Shown piece after piece: positions 45,109 to 55,092 of a stretch of DNA of 64,000 nt. Origin of the DNA: an uncultured delta proteobacterium (lineage in GTDB: Bacteria; Myxococcota_A; Polyangia; Polyangiales; Polyangiaceae); contig CAWDXG010000004.1 of NCBI GenBank assembly GCA_963806225.1, positions 416,001-480,000 on the forward strand, read 5' to 3'. Each line of letters opens with the position of its first letter. The stretch's first letter is position 1. The translations under genes were made by a program, and so were the position numbers. The notes beneath the pieces are model-generated. The model worked only from the letters and a program-made list of their open reading frames with translations. It was not told the origin of the DNA and made no database searches.

Positions 45109-46644
45109 GTGGACACGAACGAACCAAGCCGCTTGCCCCGGCCCATCGAGGGCGTCGACATGCGAAAGCTGCCGATCGGGCCGGAAGAAGCGTTCGTGCT
45201 GTCACGCGTCGACGGGCACACGAGCGAAGCCGATATCGCGGCGGCCACCGGGCTGGCCACGGAGCGGGTGCGCGACAGTCTGGCGCGCCTGCTGGAGCTC
45301 GGGGCTATCGCCATCGAGACGCCACCCGACGTCGCCCCGCCTCCCCCGCCGCCGCGGCGCCATGAGGCGGCCCATTCCCGCCACCTGCTCGATCACCCGG
45401 TGATCGAGGCCGCGAGCGAGCACCAGGACCAGGGGCACCCGGCAGCGGCGCTCTACGACCCCGCCGAGCTGGACGAGGAAGTCGACCTCGACCTGCCACG
45501 CAAGCGCGGCATCCTCGACCTGTTCTACCGGCTCGATTCGGTCAACCACTACCAGCTCCTCGACGTTCCGGTGGACGCGGACAAGAAGGCCGTGAAGGAC
45601 GCGTACTACCGGGTCGTCACGGTCTTCCACCCCGACCGCTACTTCGGAAAGAACGTCGGCGCGTTCAAGCCGAAACTGGAGAAGATCTTTGGGCGCCTCA
45701 CCGAAGCGCACGACATCCTGACGCGGAAACGCTCACGCGAGGAATACGACCAGTACCTGGCGACCCAGCAGAGAAACCAGACGCTGGAGCGCATGATGAG
45801 CGACGAGCGCTCGCAGCTGCAGGAGCTGGAGCGCGTACGGCGCACGATCGAGGAACAGGCGCGTATGGCGGAACGCGCCGCGCACAACGCTTCGCCGGAA
45901 GGTGCGGGACCGACGCGCACGAGCTCGTCGCCTACCGTGTCGGTGCCCCCACGTTCCGACCCCGAAGCCCGGCGGCGCGCCCTGGCCCGCAAGCTCGGGC
46001 GAAGCAGCCTCCGGCCGCCGGCGCCCAACACGACACCGGCGCCTGCCTCGGCCGGTCCGACCGACAGAGCTGCGCTCAAGGACGAGCTCCGGCGCCGCTA
46101 CGAACAACGGCTCGCCGGCGTCAAGGGCGAACAGATCCAGCGCTATTTGGAGGCCGCAGAGCAGTCGCTCCAGGACGGTAACCCCGTGTCGGCCGCCAAC
46201 GCGCTGCGCATCGCCGTGTCGCTGGACCCCAGCGACCAGGATCTCGCAGCGCGCCTTGACTCACTCCAGGCACGCGCCAACGCGGAACTGGCGCAGAGCT
46301 ACCTCGACCAGGCCCAGTACGAAGAGCGCAGCGGCCGCTACCTGGAGGCCGCGCAGTCGTACGAGCGCGCGGCGCGAGGCAAGCCCAACGCGCGCGTGTT
46401 CGAACGCGCTGCCCACTGTCTTCTCGAGGCGCAGGCCGACCTCCGCAAGGCCGGCGAGCTGGCGCGCGAGGCCGTCAGTCTGGCGCCCGATCAGGCACCG
46501 GCGCGAACCACCCTGGCCCGCATCTACCTCGCGGCGGACATGAAACAGAGCGCGCTGGCGGAGTTCGAGCGAGCCGTCCAGCTTGCGCCCGGCGACGAAA
46601 CCATCAAGAACTGGATCAAACGCATCAAACGCGGCGAAGTTTGA
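45109..46644 (+). CDS. J-domain protein with N-terminal winged-helix-like module and C-terminal TPRs
   Basis: NHYQLLDV...VKDAYY....FHPD...L.EAHD.L....R.EYD; TPR helices at the C-terminus. Confidence 0.88.
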   Translation: MDTNEPSRLPRPIEGVDMRKLPIGPEEAFVLSRVDGHTSEADIAAATGLATERVRDSLARLLELGAIAIETPPDVAPPPPPPRRHEAAHSRHLLDHPVIEAASEHQDQGHPAAALYDPAELDEEVDLDLPRKRGILDLFYRLDSVNHYQLLDVPVDADKKAVKDAYYRVVTVFHPDRYFGKNVGAFKPKLEKIFGRLTEAHDILTRKRSREEYDQYLATQQRNQTLERMMSDERSQLQELERVRRTIEEQARMAERAAHNASPEGAGPTRTSSSPTVSVPPRSDPEARRRALARKLGRSSLRPPAPNTTPAPASAGPTDRAALKDELRRRYEQRLAGVKGEQIQRYLEAAEQSLQDGNPVSAANALRIAVSLDPSDQDLAARLDSLQARANAELAQSYLDQAQYEERSGRYLEAAQSYERAARGKPNARVFERAAHCLLEAQADLRKAGELAREAVSLAPDQAPARTTLARIYLAADMKQSALAEFERAVQLAPGDETIKNWIKRIKRGEV

Positions 46645-46661
46645 CGGGACGAAAGGCATAC

Positions 46662-48488
46662 ATGGAACGCGTTATCGGCATCGATCTCGGAACCACCAAT
46701 TCCTGCGTGGCGGTTCTGGAAGGCGACACCCCGACGGTCATCCCCAACCGGGGCGGCTACAAGACGACGCCGAGCATCGTCGCCGTGACCGAAGCGGGGA
46801 AACGCCTCGTCGGGCACATCGCCAAGCGACAGGCGATCACCAACGCGGAGAACACCGTCTACGCCGCGAAGCGACTGATCGGCCGCAAGTGGAACTCGCC
46901 GCAGGTGAAGAACGCTCTCATCACGTCAAGCTACACGATCGTCGAGGGCCCACACGCGGACGTGCGCATCAAGCTCCGCGACAAGACCTATTCAGTGCCG
47001 GAGCTTAGCTCCATGGTGCTGCAGGAGATGAAGATCGTCGCCGAGGACTATCTCGGTGAAACGGTCAACAAGGCCGTGGTCACGGTCCCCGCCTACTTCA
47101 ACGACAACCAGCGACAGGCCACCAAGGACGCGGGCGCCATCGCCGGTCTCGACGTGATCCGGATCATCAACGAGCCGACGGCCGCCTCGCTGGCCTACGG
47201 CTTCGGCAAGGGGCTCGACAAGACCGTCGCGGTGTACGACCTCGGCGGCGGCACGTTCGATATCAGCATTCTGGAGATCGGCGCGCACGGAGTCTTCAAG
47301 GTGATCAGCACGACAGGCGACACCTTCCTCGGAGGCGAGGACTTCGACGCGCGCATCATCGACTGGCTGGTGCAGAGCTTCCAGGAAGAGCAGGAGATCG
47401 ATCTCCGGCAGGACCGCATGGCGCTGCAGCGCCTGCGCGATGCGGCGGAGAAGGCGAAGTGCGAGCTTTCCAGCGTCCGCGAGACGGAAGTCAACCTTCC
47501 ATTCATCATCTCGACGGGCCGCAACGAAGCGCTGCACCTTCAACGCTCGCTGTCCCGCGACACGCTCGAGACCCTGGCCGAGGATCTGGTCGAGCGCACC
47601 GTCGACATCTGCCGACAGGCGCTGGCCGACGCGAAGCTCGACGCAGACGAGATCGAGGACGTGATCCTGGTGGGCGGCATGACACGCATGCCGGCGATAC
47701 AACGCGCCGTCGCCGACTTCTTCCAGCGCGAGCCCAACAAGGGGGTGCATCCGGACGAAGTCGTGGCGCTCGGCGCAGCCATCCAGGGCGCCGCGCTCAT
47801 CGAGGACAAGCACGAGATGATCCTCCTCGACGTGACGCCGCACGCGCTCGGCATCATGACGTTCGGCAGCTATTTCGAAGAGCTCGTGCCACAGAACACG
47901 ACCGTCCCGACGAGCCGCACGAAGATCTTCACGACCAGCCGCGACAACCAGACCGCCGTGAAGATCCTGGTGATGCAGGGCGAGAGCAAGAAGGCGGACG
48001 AGAACGAGCTGCTCGGAGAATTCATCCTCACTGGCCTCAGACGCGCGCCGAAGGGGCACGTGGAGATCGAGGTCACATTCGAGATCAACACCGACGGCAT
48101 CGTCAGCGTTCACGCGAAGGATCTCGAAACCGGCCAGGCCCAGTCGATCCAGGTGACGGCAACCAGCGGGCTGACGCAGGACGAGATCAAGAACATGATG
48201 GAAAGCGCCCACGACTACATGGTCGAACGGCGCACCGACGAGAAATTCGAAGCAGCGCGGCAGGAAGCAGAAACGTTGATCGACGAGATCGAGCAACTCT
48301 TCCCCGAGGTCGAGCGCGTGGTGGGAACCGCCGACTTCGGCCGTGACGCCATCACCAAGGCCAGGAGCGTGCTCGACAAGGCGCGCAAGGCCATCGAGCA
48401 GAAGGACACGGAGGCTGTTCAGGCGCAGGTCGAGCAGCTTTCGAGAACGCAGCGCATGTTCAAGGGCGTCGTCGCGCGGGCGCAGTAG
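46662..48488 (+). CDS. dnaK: Hsp70/DnaK paralogue
   Basis: GIDLGTTNS, TVPAYFND, NEPTAA, DLGGGTFD, LVGGMTRMP, LLDVTP. Confidence 0.93.
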   Translation: MERVIGIDLGTTNSCVAVLEGDTPTVIPNRGGYKTTPSIVAVTEAGKRLVGHIAKRQAITNAENTVYAAKRLIGRKWNSPQVKNALITSSYTIVEGPHADVRIKLRDKTYSVPELSSMVLQEMKIVAEDYLGETVNKAVVTVPAYFNDNQRQATKDAGAIAGLDVIRIINEPTAASLAYGFGKGLDKTVAVYDLGGGTFDISILEIGAHGVFKVISTTGDTFLGGEDFDARIIDWLVQSFQEEQEIDLRQDRMALQRLRDAAEKAKCELSSVRETEVNLPFIISTGRNEALHLQRSLSRDTLETLAEDLVERTVDICRQALADAKLDADEIEDVILVGGMTRMPAIQRAVADFFQREPNKGVHPDEVVALGAAIQGAALIEDKHEMILLDVTPHALGIMTFGSYFEELVPQNTTVPTSRTKIFTTSRDNQTAVKILVMQGESKKADENELLGEFILTGLRRAPKGHVEIEVTFEINTDGIVSVHAKDLETGQAQSIQVTATSGLTQDEIKNMMESAHDYMVERRTDEKFEAARQEAETLIDEIEQLFPEVERVVGTADFGRDAITKARSVLDKARKAIEQKDTEAVQAQVEQLSRTQRMFKGVVARAQ

Positions 48489-48523
48489 CGGAAGGGATCC
48501 GATCCAGAGGTCAGGAACGCTGC

Positions 48524-49591
48524 ATGGGGCAGGACAACCGCCACGGAAGGAGCTCCGTACCGGACTCGATGCCTCCGGAGCTCGACGATATCGACTCGAG
48601 CTGGGATGATGATCTCCCTCTCGACGAGAGCGCGGAGATCCCCATCGCCGACCCCGCGAGCGAGCTGGACATCGACCGCGTCACCGCCGTCCCTGTCATT
48701 CCGACCGAGCAATATGCCGCCCAGCTCATGGCGGAAGTCGAAGCGACGGCGCCAGCGCCCGGCCAGGCGGAGCCGGAGGAGGAAGAAGGGCCCGGCTCGC
48801 TCCCGGACATCGAGTTCGACGAGCCGGATCTGGAGCCGGGGTCGGGACTACGCGCGCTCGACGAGGCGCCACCGGAAGAACCACGCCTTGTGGTGCTCCC
48901 CGACGAGCCGCTCCCCGAGCTGCCGAGGCAGCCTCCGTCGGAGGCACCTGCTCCGGACCCGACCCGGTCGCTCGGGCTGAGCGAACCGGGCAGCGCCGAC
49001 ACGCATACGATACCGCCACTGATCGACCAGGACGCGGTGCCGACCGCACCGCCGCCCCGCGCAAGGCGAGCGCCGAGCCGGGAGTTCGACGATCTCTCGC
49101 TCGACCTCTCCGACCCCGCGGGGCCTCCGCTCGACCCCGTCGAGGACCGCGTCACACCGGCGGTACCCTCGCTCGAGCTCGACCTGCCCAGCGCGCCCGA
49201 CGCCGCGGATCAGGATCCCGCTCTGGCGAACATGAAGGACCGCTATGCCATGGGCGACTTCACAGGCGCCCTCGTGATCGCCGAGAGCATGCTCGAAACC
49301 GATCCCGACGATCTGGAGGCCCAGCGCTACGTACAGAGCTGCCGCGAGGTGCTCACGCAGATGTATGCCGCGCGACTCGGCCAGCTCGACCAGAGAGCCG
49401 TTGTCGCCATCCCGGCCGACCAGATCCGCTGGCTTTCCCTGGACCACCGCGCGGGGTTCCTGCTTTCCCTCATCGACGGCAGCTCGAGCATCGAGGAGCT
49501 CCTGGACATCAGCGGCATGACGCGCCTCGATGCGCTCAGGATCCTCTACAATCTGCTCGAGCAGCGCGTCGTTGCGCTCGAACCGGCGTGA
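48524..49591 (+). CDS. Acidic Pro-rich protein with C-terminal winged-helix-like module
   Basis: Low-complexity D/E/P region, then a folded C-terminus (LSLDHRAGFLLSLIDG...). Confidence 0.8.
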   Translation: MGQDNRHGRSSVPDSMPPELDDIDSSWDDDLPLDESAEIPIADPASELDIDRVTAVPVIPTEQYAAQLMAEVEATAPAPGQAEPEEEEGPGSLPDIEFDEPDLEPGSGLRALDEAPPEEPRLVVLPDEPLPELPRQPPSEAPAPDPTRSLGLSEPGSADTHTIPPLIDQDAVPTAPPPRARRAPSREFDDLSLDLSDPAGPPLDPVEDRVTPAVPSLELDLPSAPDAADQDPALANMKDRYAMGDFTGALVIAESMLETDPDDLEAQRYVQSCREVLTQMYAARLGQLDQRAVVAIPADQIRWLSLDHRAGFLLSLIDGSSSIEELLDISGMTRLDALRILYNLLEQRVVALEPA

Positions 49592-51696
49592 TGCCTCGAC
49601 GTGGCGGAGTGCGCCGCCGTCTGCTGTCGCCCTGGACTGCCGTGCAGCTTGCTCTGGGCCTGCTCGCTGGTGGGGTCGCCGTCACGCTGCTCGCCGCGGC
49701 CCAGCCGGCGGCTTCCGCGTTGGTGCCGGTTCTGCGCGGGAGCGCGGACAGCGTCGGCTCTGCCCTCCCCGAGGTGAAGAGTCTGCGACCGGGCGCGCCT
49801 CCGCGTCAGGTCGGTGCACGCTATGATCACGACGCCGCCATGCCCAGGCACGCGGAGGACATCGCCTCCTACACCCTCCGCGTACGGCTCGATCCCGGAA
49901 AGCACACCCTCACCGCCAAGGGGACCATCCGCTGGAAGAACGCCTCCAGCAAACCCGCCCACGAGCTCTGGCTCCACCTCTACCTCAACGCTTTCAAGAA
50001 CGACCGGACCCTGTTCCTTCGTTCTCCTTTCGGCGCCGGGCGCAGCGGCCAAAAGGCCCATGAGTGGGGCTACATCGACGTCCACAAGCTGGTCGCCCGC
50101 GAGCTCGGGAACGTCGATCTGTGGAAGCATGCCGCCAGGCACAGCCCCGACGACCCCGACGACCAGACCGACATCCGGGTTCCGCTCCCGAAGCCGGTCG
50201 AGCCGGGCCAGACCCTGACGCTGGACACGGCGTGGACGGCTCGCCTGCCGGAAATCGTGGAGCGCACCGGCTACAGCGGGTCGTTCGATTTCGTGGGCCA
50301 GTGGTTTCCCAAGCTCGCGCGCCGCGACCCCGACGGTACCTGGGTGCACTTCGAGTTCCACCCGCAGAGTGAGTTCTATGCGGACTACGGGCGCTACGAC
50401 GTGACCATCGACGTGCCGGAGTCGATGCGCGTCGGAGCCACCGGACCGCGTGTTTCGTCCCACGTCAGCGGTGGCCGTCGCGTCGTACGTCATGTCATCG
50501 ACAACGTCCACGACTTCGCCTGGTCGGCCTGGGACAAATTCAAGGAGAAGCACGAGCGCATCGACGGTGTGAACGTGCGCGTTCTGTACCCACCCGGCCA
50601 GGACGACAACGCGCGCCGCGAGCTCGACGCCGTCCGCTTCACCTTGCCTTTCTACAGTCGCCTGTACGGGCGCTACCCCTACCCCGTCCTCACCCTCGTG
50701 CACCCGCCGGAATACGCACGGAACTCGGGCGGGATGGAGTATCCGACGCTCATCAGCACCGGCGGTCCGTGGTACGCCGGTGCGCTCGGCGTGCGCATCG
50801 TCGAGGACGTCACCATCCACGAGCTCGGCCACCAGTGGTTCTACGGGCTGGTCGCAACCGACGAGCACGCCTGGCCATTTCTGGACGAGGGTCTGAACAC
50901 GTTCGCCGAGGGCACCGCGATGCGCGCCCACTATGGCGACGGCTCGCTCGTGGATGCCTTGGGTCTCCAGGTAAGCGACCGCGCCTTCCGCCGCGCCGCC
51001 TCCTCCGCCTACGGCCATGACCAGCTCGTGGCACTTCCGGCCCCGCGCTTCGCCGACTTCCGCGAGATGGGCGCCATCGTCTACGCGCGAACAGGCACCA
51101 TCATGCACACGGTTGCCAACGTGTACGGCGAAGACCGCGTGCAACGCGCGCTGGGACGCTACGCACGGCGCTATCGCTTCCAGCACCCCGGGCCGCAACA
51201 CTTCCTGGGCGTCATGCGGGAGGTGCTGGGCGAAGACGCGGCCGACAACCTCGAAGACGCCTTGTTCCACCGCGGCTGGGTCGACTACGTGGTCCGCGAC
51301 CTGCAGACCGCACGCGTGCGCCCGCCGGGTGGGATATTCGATCGCGCTTCAGGGCGGGAAACCGTGCCGCGCGAAGCTACGGGAAGCGCCAGCGAGTGGG
51401 TCGGACGCGTGCTGGTGTTCCGGCACGGGAGCCTGCGCTTTCCGGTGGACGTCGAGTTGGTCTCGCGCGACGGCCGCCGCACGCGCCGTCACTGGAACGG
51501 CCGCGGCACGTGGACCAGCATCGAGTACCGGGGCCCGAGCCCGCTGGTCGGCGCGGTCGTGGATCCCGACCAACGCATCGCGCTCGACGACAATCTCCTG
51601 AACAATGCCATCAGCTCCAGCCCCGGCGGCGCGCCTCGCAGCCTGGAGCGGGGCCTCTACGCCGCAGAGCTCCTGCTCGGCGCACTCGGTCCGTGA
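49588..51696 (+). CDS. M1 family zinc aminopeptidase, exported or membrane-anchored
   Basis: GGMEYP, HELGH...DEG (HEXXH-X18-E), N-terminal hydrophobic segment. Confidence 0.9.
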   Translation: MMPRRGGVRRRLLSPWTAVQLALGLLAGGVAVTLLAAAQPAASALVPVLRGSADSVGSALPEVKSLRPGAPPRQVGARYDHDAAMPRHAEDIASYTLRVRLDPGKHTLTAKGTIRWKNASSKPAHELWLHLYLNAFKNDRTLFLRSPFGAGRSGQKAHEWGYIDVHKLVARELGNVDLWKHAARHSPDDPDDQTDIRVPLPKPVEPGQTLTLDTAWTARLPEIVERTGYSGSFDFVGQWFPKLARRDPDGTWVHFEFHPQSEFYADYGRYDVTIDVPESMRVGATGPRVSSHVSGGRRVVRHVIDNVHDFAWSAWDKFKEKHERIDGVNVRVLYPPGQDDNARRELDAVRFTLPFYSRLYGRYPYPVLTLVHPPEYARNSGGMEYPTLISTGGPWYAGALGVRIVEDVTIHELGHQWFYGLVATDEHAWPFLDEGLNTFAEGTAMRAHYGDGSLVDALGLQVSDRAFRRAASSAYGHDQLVALPAPRFADFREMGAIVYARTGTIMHTVANVYGEDRVQRALGRYARRYRFQHPGPQHFLGVMREVLGEDAADNLEDALFHRGWVDYVVRDLQTARVRPPGGIFDRASGRETVPREATGSASEWVGRVLVFRHGSLRFPVDVELVSRDGRRTRRHWNGRGTWTSIEYRGPSPLVGAVVDPDQRIALDDNLLNNAISSSPGGAPRSLERGLYAAELLLGALGP

Positions 51697-52697
51697 GCGT
51701 AGCGGTGGACGACGCAAAGGAGCCGGCGCTGCTCGAAACACCGGCGATCCGCGCGCAGCGGCGCCCCGGTGGTGTGCTCGCGTTCTGGGCGCTCCGCCTG
51801 CTCGCCGCGTGGCTGCTGGCGGCGCCGATCGCAGGGGCCCTGGGCGGCAGCGGAGTTTCGCGCTTTCCAGAAGGCGACGCGCTCCTGTTCGCACCTGGCG
51901 CTACGTACCTGATGGAAGCACTGCGCCGCGGACTCGGACCGCTGGTCGCAGGCCTACAGAATGCGGCGTGGTTCGCGGTGATCCTCGGCTATCTCTCTCT
52001 GGTGCCGCTGGCCGGGCTTCTGTACGCGCTCTGCCACGCAGGCCGTCTCCGCCCGGGAGACGTGGCGCGGGCGGCGCTCGAACAGCTGGCGCCTTTCACC
52101 CTGCTCGCCGGCCTCACCCTGCTGGCGCAGGCGGCGGTGGCGGTCCTCGGAATCATCCTGGTCTCCGTACTGCGCGCGTCCATCTACGCATCCATGGACG
52201 TGCGCAGCGCCGACCTGTGGCTGCTCGGCGCCGTGGGGCTCGTACTCCTGGTCGTGCTCTGGGTCGGCCTGGTCGAGGATCTCGCGCGAGCGGCGTTGGT
52301 GCGCCACCAGCGGGGGCTCGGCAGCGCGCTCTCCAGGGCGCTCCACACCGCGAGGCAGCGTCCGCTCGCGGCGCTATCCGCATGGCTCGTGCCCGCGATC
52401 TGGAGCATCGCTGTGGTAGCCGTGGGCGCTCTGGCAGTCGGGCGCCTGCACGTCGAGCACGGCGGCTCCTGGCGCGTGCTGGGTGCCCTGGCTCTGCACC
52501 AGCTGGTCGCTCTGGCGCTGGTCGGGTTGAAGGCCCAGTGGCTCGCAGCCGCGCTCCGGCTCGTCGGCGAGCCGGAGCAGCCGGACCGGGACAGCGTCAC
52601 GCCGCGGCGGTGGCTCCGATGGTCTGGCGGAACACCTGCACGTAGCGCCGCGCAGGGCGATCCCAGCCCAGGTCCAGGCGCATCATCCGGCGCCTGA
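51693..52697 (+). CDS. Polytopic membrane protein coupled to the M1 peptidase
   Basis: GTGA overlap, about 6 hydrophobic helices. Confidence 0.75.
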   Translation: MSVAVDDAKEPALLETPAIRAQRRPGGVLAFWALRLLAAWLLAAPIAGALGGSGVSRFPEGDALLFAPGATYLMEALRRGLGPLVAGLQNAAWFAVILGYLSLVPLAGLLYALCHAGRLRPGDVARAALEQLAPFTLLAGLTLLAQAAVAVLGIILVSVLRASIYASMDVRSADLWLLGAVGLVLLVVLWVGLVEDLARAALVRHQRGLGSALSRALHTARQRPLAALSAWLVPAIWSIAVVAVGALAVGRLHVEHGGSWRVLGALALHQLVALALVGLKAQWLAAALRLVGEPEQPDRDSVTPRRWLRWSGGTPARSAAQGDPSPGPGASSGA

Positions 52698-54033
52698 GCT
52701 CGCCCCAGGCCGGCGTGACGCATGCCGCAAGAGCGCGTCCCAGCGCACCGGAGAGCGCCTGCGGCGTCTCCTCGTCGAACAAGAATCCAGTGCCGGTCTC
52801 CAGGTGTGCGTCGCAATCGATCACGGTATCGACGATTCCGCCGGTGGCGTGCGCGACAGGCACCGCGCCGTAGCGCTGCGCCACGAGCTGCGACATGCCG
52901 CAGGGCTCGTGGCGGGACGGCACGAGCACGATGTCCGCGGCGGCGTAGATCCGGTGGACCAGCGCGTCGTCGGGATCCTCGACGAAGGCGTAGCGATCGG
53001 CATAGCGGGATTTCGCGGAAGCCAGCCGCTTCGCCAGCGTCGCCTGACCCTGACCAGCCACCACGAGCGCCAGGTCGTTCTTCAGGATGGCAGGCAGCGC
53101 GGAGAGCACGAGGTCGAAGCCCGCAGGTTTCGACAGCTCGCCCACGGCGGCGACCAGCGGACGATCGACTTCCAGCTCCAGCCCGAGCTCGCCGAGCAGC
53201 GCCGATTTCGAGCGGCCCTTGTTGGAAGTGTCCTCGGCATCGTAGCGGCTCACGATGGCAGGATCCGTCGCCGGATTGTGGATCGCGTAGTCGATGCCAT
53301 CGCAGATGCCGATGAGCGTCTTGTCGCCGAGCACCTGGGCCAGCGCACCGGCGCGCTCTTCCGTCTGCATCTCGCGGGCATAGCCCGGCGATACCGTGGT
53401 GATGGCGTCGGCGAACATCACGCCGCCCTTGAGCGCGTTGACGCGCGTGCCGAGCTTGACGCCCTCGGCCGTGTTCAGCTCTCGCGGGACACCCAGCGCC
53501 TCCAGCTCCTTGCTCGAGAAGCTGCCCTGCCGCGTCACGTCGTGGATGGTCAGCACGCTCGGCACGGCGGGACCCGGAGTGCGGCGCAATGCCACGGGCA
53601 CGAGAGCCGCGGGCCAATCGTGCAGATGCAGCACGTCGAACGCCTGCCCCTGCCCTGCTCGCTGCCGCACCAGCGCAGCGGCCGCCTGGCAGAGCAGCCC
53701 GAACCGCTTGGCGTTGTCCGCGTAGTCCTTGCCACCTTCGCCGTACACGCCGGGCCGGTCGTACAGGACCGGCGCGTCGAACAGAACCAAGCCGACGCCC
53801 GACGAAAGCTGTCCGTCGAAGACCGTCACCTCGCCGCCACCCGGCAACGGCAGCGGCGTCAGGCGGCGCGCGACCAGCAACCCCGATGCCTCGAAGCCCG
53901 GGTAGCGGGGCGCCGCAATGGTCACGTCGTGACCCAGTTGCCGCAGTGCCTTGCCGAGAGCGCCGACCGAATCGGCGGCAGCGCTCTCCCGAACGTAGGG
54001 GCCGAGCTCGGCCGCAACCATGAGGATGTCCAT
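52597..54033 (-). CDS. glgA: Glycogen synthase-like GT5 protein with degenerate substrate-binding motifs
   Basis: ILMVAAEL.P, Y.DNA.RF, HLHDW, TIH, TTVSPGYARE, PSRHEPCG..QL.A.RYG.VPV...TGG..DTV. Confidence 0.8.
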   Translation of the reverse strand: MDILMVAAELGPYVRESAAADSVGALGKALRQLGHDVTIAAPRYPGFEASGLLVARRLTPLPLPGGGEVTVFDGQLSSGVGLVLFDAPVLYDRPGVYGEGGKDYADNAKRFGLLCQAAAALVRQRAGQGQAFDVLHLHDWPAALVPVALRRTPGPAVPSVLTIHDVTRQGSFSSKELEALGVPRELNTAEGVKLGTRVNALKGGVMFADAITTVSPGYAREMQTEERAGALAQVLGDKTLIGICDGIDYAIHNPATDPAIVSRYDAEDTSNKGRSKSALLGELGLELEVDRPLVAAVGELSKPAGFDLVLSALPAILKNDLALVVAGQGQATLAKRLASAKSRYADRYAFVEDPDDALVHRIYAAADIVLVPSRHEPCGMSQLVAQRYGAVPVAHATGGIVDTVIDCDAHLETGTGFLFDEETPQALSGALGRALAACVTPAWGELRRRMMRLDLGWDRPARRYVQVFRQTIGATAAA

Positions 54034-54196
54034 CGAGGCGTGCGTACCACAGCCCGGCGATCCCGTTCAGCACCTTCGAGAAGAGCTCGCCCAGGCTTCG
54101 GGCGCGCTGGCCGCCTCCGGCCGTCTCCGGTCGCCGATTCCAGTGATACTGCACGTTCGGTCTGGCAACGAGCTGGGGACCTGTTAGAAACGCGCG

Positions 54197-55090
54197 ATGG
54201 ACGAACTGGTCGCCAAGGCAGCGATCCTCCACGAAGCGCTGCCGTACATCCAGCGCTTCCACGGGCGCACGTTCGTCGTCAAGTACGGCGGGCACGCCAT
54301 GGTCGACGACGCCCTCAAGGAGGGATTCGCGCGGGATGTCTGCCTGCTTCGCTACGTCGGCATCCAGGTCGTCGTCGTGCATGGCGGAGGGCCGCAGATC
54401 AGCCGCACCCTGGAGCGCATGGGGATCAAGTCGGCGTTCTCGGGTGGCCTGCGCATCACGGACGACGAGACGATGGACGTCGTCGAGATGGTGCTCGGCG
54501 GCGGCGTGAACCAGAATATCGTCGGACTGATCTGCAAACACGGAGGACGCGGTGTCGGACTCTCCGGCAAAGACGACCATTTCATCCGCGCCGAGCGACT
54601 CGAGCACGTGCCGGGACACAGCGAAGAGGGCGCGCCGGTGATGGTCGACCTCGGGCGCGTCGGGCGCATCGCCCATGTCAATCCGGGCGTCGTGCGCGAC
54701 CTGATGTCGAACGGCTTCATTCCGGTCATCGCCCCGATCGGCGTCGATGAAGCCGGCAACGCACTGAACGTGAACGCGGACACCGCAGCAGGCAGGGTCG
54801 CGGCGGCCCTGGGCGCGGCCAAGCTGGTGCTCATGACCGATGTGGAGGGCGTGAAGGACGCCTCCAGCGAGCTGGTGAGGTCGCTCCGCGCCCGCGAGGC
54901 CGAAGAGCTCATCTCCGGCAAGGTGATCAGCGGCGGCATGATCCCGAAGGTGCGCTGTGCTCTCGCAGCCGTGGACGAGGGCGTCGAGAAAGTCCACATC
55001 ATCGACGGCCGGCGGCGCCATGCCCTGCTGCTCGAGATCTTCACCGACAAGGGCGTCGGAACGGAGATCCAGCGCCTCGACGGACCCTAG
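54197..55090 (+). CDS. argB: Acetylglutamate kinase
   Basis: EALPYI..F, VVKYGG, VHGGGPQI, GLRITD, NVNAD, GGMIPK. Confidence 0.95.
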   Translation: MDELVAKAAILHEALPYIQRFHGRTFVVKYGGHAMVDDALKEGFARDVCLLRYVGIQVVVVHGGGPQISRTLERMGIKSAFSGGLRITDDETMDVVEMVLGGGVNQNIVGLICKHGGRGVGLSGKDDHFIRAERLEHVPGHSEEGAPVMVDLGRVGRIAHVNPGVVRDLMSNGFIPVIAPIGVDEAGNALNVNADTAAGRVAAALGAAKLVLMTDVEGVKDASSELVRSLRAREAEELISGKVISGGMIPKVRCALAAVDEGVEKVHIIDGRRRHALLLEIFTDKGVGTEIQRLDGP

Positions 55091-55092
55091 CG

